A DNA stretch of 64,000 nt from a virus (Duplodnaviria > Caudoviricetes). The DNA is taken from positions 876 through 64,875 of IMG/VR virus record IMGVR_UViG_3300010370_000038. The stretch is one strand, 5' to 3'. Every line of letters begins with the position of its first letter. The stretch's first letter is position 1. The translations under genes and the position numbers were made by a program. Below the pieces are notes generated by a model. The model was not told the DNA's origin, did no database searches, and saw nothing but the letters and a program-made list of their open reading frames with translations. Positions 27,066 to 37,800 of this stretch are shown here, one piece after another.

Positions 27066-27195
27066 GCGGGCGGTGCGTTTTAAAAACGCATAACTACCCT
27101 AACCTACAGAGGTGACAATTCGAGTTCTATATAATAAGGACAAAAAAATTTTCCGAGAGTAACCGCATATATAAAAGCAAAAAGAGACAAGGATT

Positions 27196-27378
27196 ATGTT
27201 AAAAAAATTTCCAGAAAAAATTGTGCCCATAGAACTCGATGATGTAACGGGAGATCTATTCATTACGATACCTGAAGACATCCTCAATGAATTGTCATGG
27301 GAAGAAGGAACTGTAGTACAATGGGATGTTACCAAGGAAGGGGACATTATGCTTAGAGAAGTAGATGAAGACTTTTAA
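27196..27378 (+). CDS. AbrB/MazE/SpoVT-like DNA-binding protein
   Basis: GDLFITIPEDILNELSWEEGTVVQW swapped-hairpin signature. Confidence 0.75.
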   Translation: MLKKFPEKIVPIELDDVTGDLFITIPEDILNELSWEEGTVVQWDVTKEGDIMLREVDEDF

Positions 27379-27520
27379 CATTACGATAAAAGATCGCGTG
27401 GTGTTCTCCGAGTTAAATGAAGAAGAAAAAGAGAAAACCTTAGATATGATCAACAAGGTACTCGGATTTGGTCTCATGCAAGGAAACATCGAAGACGTAA
27501 AGGTAGTAGAAAATTTATGA
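27365..27520 (+). CDS. Hypothetical protein, 51 aa (not in ORF track)
   Basis: Fills the gap, overlapping genes at both ends; starts MKTFNITIKDRVVFSEL. Confidence 0.65.
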   Translation: MKTFNITIKDRVVFSELNEEEKEKTLDMINKVLGFGLMQGNIEDVKVVENL

Positions 27521-27705
27521 CTGAAACAAGATTCAACGTTTATTATTCCCCGAGCAAATGCCCATCAAAAGCAAATCAGGTAGTTGCTCACCACTTAACT
27601 CATGAAGAAGTAGAACGTATGATTTCCAATGGAGAAATCAAATTTTCTCTTCATGAGATTCAACCCTTCGAATACTCAAAACCACTCGAAGAATCGTCTT
27701 ATTGA
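27517..27705 (+). CDS. Hypothetical protein
   Basis: ATGA overlap. Confidence 0.65.
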   Translation: MTETRFNVYYSPSKCPSKANQVVAHHLTHEEVERMISNGEIKFSLHEIQPFEYSKPLEESSY

Positions 27706-27730
27706 CACGTTCTAAATAAGATGTTATGAT
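27702..27730 (+). promoter_or_regulatory. Sigma70-type promoter with a late box inside its spacer
   Basis: TTGACA-17-TATGAT with extended TG; the spacer contains CTAAATA. Confidence 0.7.
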
Positions 27731-27753
27731 AACTGATGTAACCTCACTCTATT

Positions 27754-28515
27754 ATGGCTAAAGGATTTACTGTTAAAGCAAAAACACCAACACCTACTGG
27801 TCAAGGACCTGTAGAGTATGATTATGAACTCGCTAAGGAAATGGTCAAAGGAAAGTCTGTAGTCCTTTGTCTTCCTGGTAGGGGTTGTTCTTTTACTTTC
27901 TTAAAAAATTTCGTACAACTATGTTTTGATCTGGTGCAAATGGGCGTCAGCATCCAGATCTCTCAGGATTACTCATCCATGGTGAACTTTGCACGTTGTA
28001 AAGTTCTTGGCGCTAATGTTCTTCGCGGACCTAATCAGATTCCGTGGGATGGCAAACTGCCGTATGATTATCAACTCTGGATCGATAGTGATATTGTTTT
28101 CCAAACTCCTCAGTTCTTGCAACTGGTTCTTATGGATAAGGATATTGCCGCTGGTTGGTATATGACAGAAGATGGGCAGACTACTTCCGTTGCTCACTGG
28201 TTAGAAGAAGATGACTTCCGTAGTAATGGGGGTGTTATGAATCATGAGACTGGCGAAAGTATGAAAAAACGCCGTAAGCCATTCACTGTAGACTATACAG
28301 GTTTTGGATGGGTATTGATCAAGCACGGTGTATTTGAACATGAAGAAATGAAGTATCCTTGGTTTGCTCCAAAGATGCAACAATTTGAATCTGGTGAAGT
28401 TCAGGATATGTGTGGGGAAGACGTTTCATTCTGCCTCGATGCTATTGCTGCTGGTTTTGAAATTTGGTGCGATCCAAACGTAAGAGTCGGTCATGAAAAA
28501 ACAAGAATCATCTGA
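27754..28515 (+). CDS. Conserved cyanophage glycosyltransferase-like (GT-A) protein
   Basis: CLPG...NFARC...LWIDSDI (DxD)...GFGWVLIK..VFE...PWF...GEDVSFC...GHEK. Confidence 0.8.
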   Translation: MAKGFTVKAKTPTPTGQGPVEYDYELAKEMVKGKSVVLCLPGRGCSFTFLKNFVQLCFDLVQMGVSIQISQDYSSMVNFARCKVLGANVLRGPNQIPWDGKLPYDYQLWIDSDIVFQTPQFLQLVLMDKDIAAGWYMTEDGQTTSVAHWLEEDDFRSNGGVMNHETGESMKKRRKPFTVDYTGFGWVLIKHGVFEHEEMKYPWFAPKMQQFESGEVQDMCGEDVSFCLDAIAAGFEIWCDPNVRVGHEKTRII

Positions 28516-28666
28516 TAAGTATTCCATTTACATCAAAGATGTGTTAGCATGGCAGGATCTTTCGGAGGAAGAAATGTTCGATACTTTGGAAGATCTTGCC
28601 CAACAATACTATGAACAAGGGCATCCAGACCCGTTAAACATCAAAACCGTTATCCAAGGAACATAA
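28493..28666 (+). CDS. Hypothetical protein, 57 aa (not in ORF track)
   Basis: MKKQESSDKYSIYI...DLSEEEMFDTLEDLAQQYYEQGHP. Confidence 0.65.
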   Translation: MKKQESSDKYSIYIKDVLAWQDLSEEEMFDTLEDLAQQYYEQGHPDPLNIKTVIQGT

Positions 28667-28669
28667 ATT

Positions 28670-28819
28670 ATGGCAGCAAAATCAACTGGTTCATACAAAG
28701 TAAAGTCATATATCCCAGGTCCACCCAAAAAGTCTCGTCAAGGAGATGGTATGGGAACCAAATATGCAGCATCGTCGAGAAATAAAGCACGTAAAAAGTA
28801 TCGCGGTCAAGGAAAATAA
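28670..28819 (+). CDS. Small basic conserved cyanophage protein, 49 aa (not in ORF track)
   Basis: PKKSRQGDGMGTKYAASSRNKARKKYRGQGK. Confidence 0.8.
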   Translation: MAAKSTGSYKVKSYIPGPPKKSRQGDGMGTKYAASSRNKARKKYRGQGK

Positions 28820-28826
28820 TTAAAAT

Positions 28827-28849
28827 AGAGGTAGCAATACCTCTTTTTT
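28827..28849 (+). terminator. Rho-independent terminator
   Basis: AGAGGTA-GCAA-TACCTCT followed by a T run. Confidence 0.88.
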
Positions 28850-28884
28850 AATGCAAATAAATAATTTTTTTACTACAAATTGAA

Positions 28885-29226
28885 TTGGATAAGATTTCAA
28901 TGGGTAATCACCTCTTATTAGAGGTGTATGATGTAACATATGACCTATTAAACGATGTAATTTCTCTTCAAGAATCCATGGAGAATGGCATTCAGAGGGC
29001 TGGAATGACTATTCTGAATATTTTTTCTCATAGTTTTGATCCTCAGGGGGTTACAATCGTAATTGCTCTATCAGAAAGTCATGTTTCATGTCATACTTGG
29101 CCAGAACATGGGTGTATTGCCATAGATGTTTATACCTGTGGGCAAGGAAATCCAAAGTTAATTGCACTTGAATTGTTAAAATATTTGAATTCTGATAATT
29201 ATAGTCTTCGACAATTGGATCGTTAA
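28885..29226 (+). CDS. speD: S-adenosylmethionine decarboxylase proenzyme (pyruvoyl-dependent); ATG at 28900 is an alternative start
   Basis: GNHLLLE, F.PQGVT, LSESH self-cleavage site, HTWPE, DVYTCG. Confidence 0.92.
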   Translation: MDKISMGNHLLLEVYDVTYDLLNDVISLQESMENGIQRAGMTILNIFSHSFDPQGVTIVIALSESHVSCHTWPEHGCIAIDVYTCGQGNPKLIALELLKYLNSDNYSLRQLDR

Positions 29227-29293
29227 ATAGAAACAAGGAGATAGCAACCTCCTTTATAAAAGTTCTGTTTTATTAATTAAAACAGGAGCTAAA

Positions 29294-29527
29294 ATGTCCA
29301 ATTTACCAGTAGATAGAGATACAACTTACATGAGAGAAATGTGGGGAACCACAAAATTAGTCACTGATTATGGTTCTACACCACAAAAAAAGTCAATAAC
29401 AGAAGAATTTGTTAGGCACAATCTCAAAAATCAGACCGAACTTCATGAAAAAATTAGAAATGATGATGATTATGATGATTGGGAATATGGAACTGAACCC
29501 TGTTACGGTAAAAATCCTTTAGTATAA
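29294..29527 (+). CDS. Conserved cyanophage hypothetical protein
   Basis: AGGAG SD; EMWGTTKLVTDY, DDYDDWEYGTEP. Confidence 0.75.
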   Translation: MSNLPVDRDTTYMREMWGTTKLVTDYGSTPQKKSITEEFVRHNLKNQTELHEKIRNDDDYDDWEYGTEPCYGKNPLV

Positions 29528-29529
29528 AT

Positions 29530-29537
29530 TATAAATA
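29530..29537 (+). promoter_or_regulatory. T4 late promoter
   Basis: Exact TATAAATA upstream of gp25. Confidence 0.8.
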
Positions 29538-29555
29538 GCAAGAGAATCTATTGCC

Positions 29556-29963
29556 ATGCCTTTAGATAGCAGGATCGTATCAAAATCTTTTAAAGATATC
29601 AGCTTTTCGTTTGTACCTCATCCAGTTACAAACGATATGACTGTTTTAAGGAATGAAGACGCAATTAAAACAGCAATCAAAAATTGCGTCTTTACGATTC
29701 CTGGTGAAAAATATTTTAATGAAAATTTTGGATCTCCCATCAGAAATAGTTTATTTGATTTAATTGATGATGCAACTGCATCTATTGTTTCGGATAGAAT
29801 TATCGATACAATAGAAACTTATGAACCAAGAGTAACTAACGTTTCGGTAGAGGTTGAAGCATTGCCAGACGACAATGCCTTTAATGTTGTTATCTTCTAT
29901 GACATTATTGGCGAACAGTTCCCAAGACAAGACCTAGAGTTCATTTTAGAGGCTACCAGATAA
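29556..29963 (+). CDS. gp25: Baseplate wedge subunit gp25
   Basis: FKDISFSFVPHPVTND...AIK...T.PGEK.F...FGS...YEPRV. Confidence 0.93.
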   Translation: MPLDSRIVSKSFKDISFSFVPHPVTNDMTVLRNEDAIKTAIKNCVFTIPGEKYFNENFGSPIRNSLFDLIDDATASIVSDRIIDTIETYEPRVTNVSVEVEALPDDNAFNVVIFYDIIGEQFPRQDLEFILEATR

Positions 29964-31855
29964 TGCCAGCAAACAAATTTACAAATTTAGATTTCGAAGA
30001 TATTAAACAATCTATTAAAGACTATTTGAGAGCAAATAGTGACTTTAATGGTTTTGATTATGAGGGATCTAATTTTTCTATTCTAATTGATACTCTAGCA
30101 TATAACACATACCAGACAGCATTTAATACCAACATGGTAGTAAATGAGTCTTTTATTGATTCTGCAACAATCAGAGAGAATGTAATATCACTTGCAAGGA
30201 ACATTGGTTATGTTCCAAGATCAAGAGCAGCAGCAAAAGGCGTCGTGAACCTAATTGTTTCGGACCCAACATCAATCATCAATGGAAATACCTTAACTCT
30301 TAGAAAAGGTTTGATTTGCACTGGAGATTCTAGAGGAACTACCTATGCATTCTCTATTCCAGAAAATATAACTTTGGGAGTTATTAACGGTGTAGTTGAT
30401 TACCACAATGTTAATATTTACGAAGGAGTTTTGCTATCAAAGGCATTCACTGTTGATGGTTCTTCCGAACAAAAATTCATTTTAGATAATCCATATATTG
30501 ATACTTCTACAATTAGAGTTTATATTTACAGACCTGGAGAAATTGGAGACGGTAGAAAATATAGATTAGTTGATAATATTATTAAAGTAACTAAAGATTC
30601 TGAAGTATTTTTACTTCAGGAAATCGAAGATGAAAAGTACGAAATCATTTTTGGCGATGGATTCTTTGGTAAGAAATTAGAAGTCAATACGGAAATTCGA
30701 GTAGATTATATTGTAACTGAAGGAATTGTAGGAAACGGAGCGGCAAACTTTACATTTAGTGGAGATTTATATGATGGTTTAGGTGTAAGTGTAAATCAAA
30801 ATGATCTAGACATAAGTTTAACAACTATTCAGTCTGCTGTAAATGGCGCAGAGATTGAGTCAATTGATTCAATTAGGTATTATGCCCCTAGGTTGTATTC
30901 ATCGCAGTACAGGGCGGTTTCTACCAACGATTACGAAGCGATTATACAACAAATCTATCCAGATACTGAAAGCGTTTCTGTTATTGGAGGTGAAGAATTA
31001 GACCCACCACAATTTGGAAGCGTTGTTATTAGTATTAAACCAAAAAATGCAAACTTTATATCAGACTTTACAAAATCTCAAATTCTATCAGAATTGAAAA
31101 AATATACCCTTGCAGGTATTAACCAAACAATTATAGATCTTCAAATTCTACATCTAGAGTTTGATACTTATGTTTATTATAATAGCAACATATTCAATGA
31201 CGCCAATACTTTAAAAACAAAAGTATACGATGCAACTAATAAGTATGCAAGATCTTTAGATCTCAATAAGTTTGGTGGAAGATTAAAGTATAGTAAATTT
31301 GTCAAATTAATTGACGATTCTGATAGATCTATAACTTCTAATATAACTCATATTAGAATGAGAAGAGATGTACGTGCAGAACTTGATATAGTAAGTCAAT
31401 ATGAAGTTTGCTTTGGTAATCAATTTCATGTTAATCTAGATGGAAAAAATATAAAATCAACAGCATTTAACATTAGAGGTGAAAGTTCGCCAGTATACTT
31501 TACTGATTTTCCAGGAGGAAGTAGAGAAATTGGTAGATTATCTATTGTAAAAATAGATAGTAATGGAGAGATTGTGCCAGTAATTGGTGATGCTGGAACC
31601 GTAGATTACATAAATGGAGAGATTATTATAAATTCTGTTGTAATTACTGGAACATCTTTAGCAAATAATACTATAGAAATACAAGCTGTTCCAGAATCAA
31701 ATGATGTAATAGGTCTAAAAGACCTGTATTTAAGCATGGATTTGTCCAAGAGCACTATAAATATCATCAGAGACACTATCAGTTCTGGGGATCAAATTTC
31801 AGGAGTTTCGTACCCAGTTTCGTCAAGTTATTCAAATGGAGCTTTAACAAGGTAA
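29963..31855 (+). CDS. gp6: Baseplate wedge subunit gp6
   Basis: LDFEDIK...DYEGSN...LAYNTY...ESFIDSATIRENV...GYVPRS; FGDG.FGK; Q.RAVS.NDY. Confidence 0.95.
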   Translation: MPANKFTNLDFEDIKQSIKDYLRANSDFNGFDYEGSNFSILIDTLAYNTYQTAFNTNMVVNESFIDSATIRENVISLARNIGYVPRSRAAAKGVVNLIVSDPTSIINGNTLTLRKGLICTGDSRGTTYAFSIPENITLGVINGVVDYHNVNIYEGVLLSKAFTVDGSSEQKFILDNPYIDTSTIRVYIYRPGEIGDGRKYRLVDNIIKVTKDSEVFLLQEIEDEKYEIIFGDGFFGKKLEVNTEIRVDYIVTEGIVGNGAANFTFSGDLYDGLGVSVNQNDLDISLTTIQSAVNGAEIESIDSIRYYAPRLYSSQYRAVSTNDYEAIIQQIYPDTESVSVIGGEELDPPQFGSVVISIKPKNANFISDFTKSQILSELKKYTLAGINQTIIDLQILHLEFDTYVYYNSNIFNDANTLKTKVYDATNKYARSLDLNKFGGRLKYSKFVKLIDDSDRSITSNITHIRMRRDVRAELDIVSQYEVCFGNQFHVNLDGKNIKSTAFNIRGESSPVYFTDFPGGSREIGRLSIVKIDSNGEIVPVIGDAGTVDYINGEIIINSVVITGTSLANNTIEIQAVPESNDVIGLKDLYLSMDLSKSTINIIRDTISSGDQISGVSYPVSSSYSNGALTR

Positions 31856-31856
31856 G

Positions 31857-34800
31857 ATGGCAGTAAAAAGGGTTAAGATTAAAGACATTGTTGAGAGTCA
31901 ACTTCCAAGATTTGTATTAGAAGACTCACCAAAAGTTGCCGAATTCTTGAGACAGTATTATATTTCTCAAGAATTTCAAGGCGGTTCTGTAGATCTTGCT
32001 GAGAATTTAGATCAATATATTAAATTAGATCATTTGGTCGCTAGTGTAATTAATCCAGCAATTACACTAGAATTTCCTATCTCTGCTTCAGATGATCAAA
32101 TATTACTCTCCTCTGTAGAGGGATTGCCAGATTCTTATGGTTTGGTAAAGATTGATGATGAAATTATCACTTATACAGGAGTTGATGGAAATACTCTAAC
32201 TGGTTGTGTTAGAGGTTTCAGTGGTATTGTAAAGTATAGAGATGAGAATAACCCCGAAGAATTGATATTTGAAAGTACAAATGCAGCATCTCATACTTCT
32301 GGATTAGTAACATTTGACACTACTACTTACTCCCCAGGGGACTATTATTATCAAGATGCTACCATTACAACCATGTATGGTATCATCAGAGTTCGCCCAA
32401 GTACTGGCACAGTAAAAACTGTAAGATATAAAGTCAAAAATATCCAGAGTTCTTTTTATCAACTTTCTGGTCCAGATATTGATGATACGCAATTAAATCA
32501 GACTGTCGTAGTAAATCAGGGAGATATTGTACAGTTTGAAGTAGAAGCTTCTGGTCATCCTCTATACATCCAGTCAACTGGAGATGGTTATGATACAAAT
32601 GCAGTATTAACTGTTGGAGTACAAAATGCTGGTGCTTCAGTAGTCACTAGTGTACAAAATTTAAGCGTAGAGTTTTTAAAAGAGTTTTTCATTAAGTTAA
32701 AGACTCTTTATGCTCCTGGATTTGAAGATAGGAAACTATATGAAGGAGTTAACATTAAAAACTTCTTAGCAAATGTAAGGAGTTTTTATCAGACTAAAGG
32801 AACCAGAGAATCTTTTAGAATTCTTTTTAGTGTCTTATATGGAAAATCAGTACAGGTAGTTGATTTAGAAGATTTTGTTTTAAAATCATCAACATCAAAC
32901 TATTTGAGAAGAGCTACTGTTGTTGCTCAGGTAATTTCTGGAGATCCTCTACTACTTACTGGTCAAACTTTATATCAAGATGATGACCCAACAAATCCAG
33001 AGGTAATAGCAGCATCTGGTCCAATTTCAGAAGTAGAAATTTTCTCTCGTCAAGGAGAAGTATTTTATAAAATTCCTCTGTTTATTGGTTACAATGAACA
33101 GTCACTAGTTACTGGAAGATTTTATGTTCCAGGATATACAAAAAATACATTAGAAGCTTCTGCTAATGCTAGAGTAATTAACGTCGATAGTACCGTAGGA
33201 TTCTCGAAGAGTGGCAAATTAATCATTGATGGTCTAAATGGAACAACCATAGTAACTTATACTGACAAAAACTTAACTCAATTTTTGGGTTGTTCTGGTC
33301 TAACTACAAATTTACCAGTAGGTTATGCTTTAAGATCAAATGTAACCGCATATGGATTTGAAGAAGGTGATTCTTCCAGAAGAGTTGATTTGAGAATTAC
33401 TGGAGTTTTAGGAGAATTCGAGTCAATCGGTGATAATTATTATCTGGATGTTGGTAATGAAATCTATATTAAGTCAATTGGAGAAGATATTGGAGTTCCT
33501 GCAGATCCAACACAGGAACCAACATATAAGCAAAAGATTTTTAATTCTTGGCTTTATAATGTAGCGACGCGCTACCAAGTAAAAGAAGTTTCTGGATCAA
33601 CATTCACATTATTTGACAATATAACAAAAAATTATTTAAAGACTGGAGATCAAGTACATGTTTTACCGAGGGATTCCAGTACAATTTTGACTACGGCAGA
33701 AGTAACTGTACTTAATTCTAATACTATTCAACTATCAAACACAACTGGCGTAGTAGCAAATGGAAAATATGATATTAGAAGAATTATAGAAAGGGCATCT
33801 TCAACTAATAATTTGATTGAATTTGGAAATGAGACTATAACATCTGACATTCAAAATACATACGTCACAAAGGACAAAACCTTTGAAAGTATGTACGTTG
33901 CATGTCAAGGTTTACCATCGTTTGACATAAATGTTGATAGAGTACGTGTAGAATTTAATGGATTAGATATTGCATCTGGAGCAATTCAACAACTTGTATC
34001 CTTTGTAAATAACTTACCATTTGTTAGTGGAGATGAAGTAATATATGAAGCTTTGAATGGCGCTCCTTCAATTGGAGGGTTGGAAAGCGGAAAAAGATAT
34101 TTTATTTGGATAAATCCATCTGCAAATAATCAGTTAAAACTAACTGAAGCAAGATCTTTTATAGATGCGAATAAGTTTATCACTCTAACGCCAGCTGCAG
34201 GTACGCACAGACTGACACTTGCAGCACATTATGATAAGTTAATTCAACCACAAAAAATATTAAGACAATTCCCATTATTCCCGAATGTAAAGTCTGGTTT
34301 GGCACAAACCACAACATACGGCGCAACAGGTATGTTGATTAATGGTGTAGAAATTATCAATTACAAATCCAGTGATTTTATTGCGTATGGTCCACTAGAG
34401 AGTTTGTCTCTAATTTCTGGAGGTACTGACTATGATATTATTAATCCACCAAATGTAAATATTTCTAATACTGGAGCTGGTGGCACAGAGGCTAGAGTGG
34501 ATCCAGTTATTACTGGATCTCTTAAATCGATTTATTTGCCAAACAAAGACGTTTATGATATTGACCAAATTTTTGGATTAAACATTGAAGGTGGCAATGG
34601 TCAAGGAGCAAGTGCATCTGTAACCCTATCAAAAAATTTCACAACAGTGGAATTTAATGCAAAATCTATTTTTTCAAATGGTGGTGTTGATGTTGCTGCA
34701 AATACAATCACTTTTACCTCATCTCACAACTTCAGTACTGGTCAAAAAATAGTCTACAATGCAAACGGAAACAATCCACTGGGAATTGCCAAAACTTTAG

Positions 34801-37800
34801 GGTCTGATGATGATTATAGTTATGGTGATACATTAGAAAATGGAATCATTTACTTCCCACGAATTGTTAATACTTCAACAATTCAATTACACTTAACTGA
34901 AACTGATGCAGTAAATGGTATTAATACAGTTGGTATTACAACTCTAAACAATCTCGGTATCCATAAATTTAGATCATTTGATTTCAAGAATAAAATTCAG
35001 ACTATTTCTGTAGTAACTGCTGGTGAGGGATATACTAGAAGGACTTATAATATTAAGTCAAACATCGGCATTAACACATCAATCGATGCGTTTTATGTAC
35101 CAAACCATGGATATAAGGACGATGAAGTTGTAGTTTATCAGGGAACAGATCCTATTAGAGAATTAACTTCAAATTCTCAATATAGAATCATCAAACTAAG
35201 TGCTGATGAATTTAGATTGGCGAATTCATCAATTGATGTATTAAGAAATAGGTATATCAACTTCAGTAATACTGGAAGTGGTATTCACACCGTAAAATAT
35301 CCAGATATAACAGCAAAGATTGTTGCATCTGTTGGTGGAACTACAATTTCAATTGATACCGAACCAGATTTTAGAGGAGAAATTATAAGCACTTATCTTT
35401 CCGAAACAGGAAGTAATTATGGTTCAAATGTATTAAATTTTGAAAAATCACCAACAGTAACCGTTATTAGTGGTAGAGGAGCACAATTCCAACCATTTGT
35501 CAGCAACGGAGTCATAACAGGTGTTCAAATTATTGGTGCTGGTGAAGAATATACATCTGCACCAGATTTAGTTGTCAATGGAGAAGGAACTGGGGCACAA
35601 TTAAAAGCAAAAATTACAAATAAAAAAGTTACGTCAGTAGAAGTCATATCTGGTGGACTTGGATATAATCCAAAAACCACAACTATTAGTGTAACATCTA
35701 TTGGTCGTGGTGCAATTATTGAAGCCTCAATAAGAAAATTAACCGTCAACTTGAGAAATAAGTACTCAAGCGATGATTTCCTCAATCCAAATACAAATTA
35801 TCCATTGCAATATGGTACTCTATCTTATTCTCAACAATTCCAAGATGCTTTTGGAGATAGTCTAGCAACTAGATCCCCTATTATTGGATGGGCATATGAT
35901 GGAAACCCAATTTTTGGTCCATTTGGCACAAGAAATCCAAAAGAAAATACAGGTATTACAACATATATTCGTTCTGGATATGAGTTGAGACAGAATGAAG
36001 TTGAGAATAGACCGTCAACATCTTTATTCCCAGCTGGATTCTTTGTAGAAGATTATAAATTTGTAGGCAATGGTGATCTCGATGAGTACAATGGAAGGTT
36101 CTTTATCTCCGATGATTTCCCACAAGGAATCTATGGATATTGCGCTACATTAGAAATTAACCCAGGAACTGGTTTGCCAAGACCAGCATTCCCATATTAT
36201 ATCGGAAATTCTTATATAAGTCCAAAGGCTTCTCAAGTAATTTCTCAAGATACTGATTTAAACACTTTAGATTTAAATAGAAATACATATCCATACAAAT
36301 TAAAGAGTCCAACTGCATCTTACGATTTTATTATTGAGTCTGATGAATTAGTTGGTCAGGAGGGAGTTGTTGATTCCATCATCACTTCTTCTGTTGAAAA
36401 ATTAAATATTATCGAATCTGGAGACTTATATAAAGTAAATGACAAGATTGTTTTTGATGAAGAAGGAACAAATGGTCAGGGAATAAATGCAGTAGTTTCT
36501 TTTGTCAAGGGAAAGGATGTAAATTCAATTCAAAGTACAAATGTTCAGTTTAATGACGTAACTTTCATTAAAACGAGTGATACTCAAATAACTGGCATTA
36601 TCGAACCAAACCATCAATTCAATAATAATGAAGTTATTGAAATATTTGATCTAAACACTGATGTAAAAGGTTTGTCTGGATTCCATGTAGTTGGAGTTGC
36701 AACAGAAAGAGCGATCATATTGGATCCAATGCAAGGTGGAGGACCCGTAGGATTGGTCACTGATGTTATTGTCAGTAGAATTCCAACAAATGTAAGTGGT
36801 GGAAGTAGCATTAGGATGAGCAATGGAGAAGTTTGCAAAATTCTTAATGTTATTAAAAGAGGAAATATTCTAAGACTAGAAAGAAGTGGAATTGCAACAT
36901 TCCAAGAGGCAGACACTATTACTTATTTGCAAGATAAATTTATAATCGAAAGTGATGCCCCACAGTTTGAATCCGAATATTTCCCTAAAGAATACTTCAA
37001 TCCAAAAACAGCAGTTGGTGTTGGTACTACTGTAGGCAATTACAATTCTCTAGAATATTATGAAAATAGGGTTCAGAAGACCAGGGTAATAAATCACCAG
37101 GAAATTTTTGTAGACAAGCACCCATTCTTTGATGGTCAAAAAGCTTTATTTGTAAAACCAGCAGGTTCATTGTCTGTTGCAATTGCAACTGCAATTGGAG
37201 TTGGAACAACAGCTATTTTAGTTAATGATAGCATCCCAAGATCTGGAACATCTCAAGAAGTTTGGATTGTAAATAAATCAATCAATAGCATTGGAATTAA
37301 GACAGAAAGAAATGGCGCACCAGTCTTCTTCACATCAAATGGATCGGACTTTAGCGATTACTATATTCAGGGAATAGGAACGGCTGTACGTGGATCAGTA
37401 AAACAACCAACAACAACAGTAACCACATCTGAAGCACATGGATTGCAAGTTGGAGATAAGGTTAGTTTTAATATTTTAGCAAATAATACAGTTGGAATTG
37501 GTACAAGCACTACAGTAAGAGTTGAATTGAATAGTGCTGGTCTATTAGTAGTAGATTCTCAGGGTATATCCTCTGCTGGCATAAACACTGTTACAAACAG
37601 AATTACAGTTCCAGGTAACAATTTTAGGACAGGAGATAGGATTTTCTATGAACCAAGATGCCCAGAAGTAATAGGTGGTCTTGGAACTGGAAGATATTTC
37701 GTTTATAAAGATACTCCAGATGAGTTTAGACTATGTGAAACATATGAAGATGTCTTTGCAGATGTTCCTGTAGTAGTCTCATTAACAAGTATTGGTGGAA

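Noticed and set aside
25094-27378. HicA-like and AbrB/MazE-like genes as a toxin-antitoxin pair
   Set aside because: About 1.9 kb apart in different transcription units, and not cognate families
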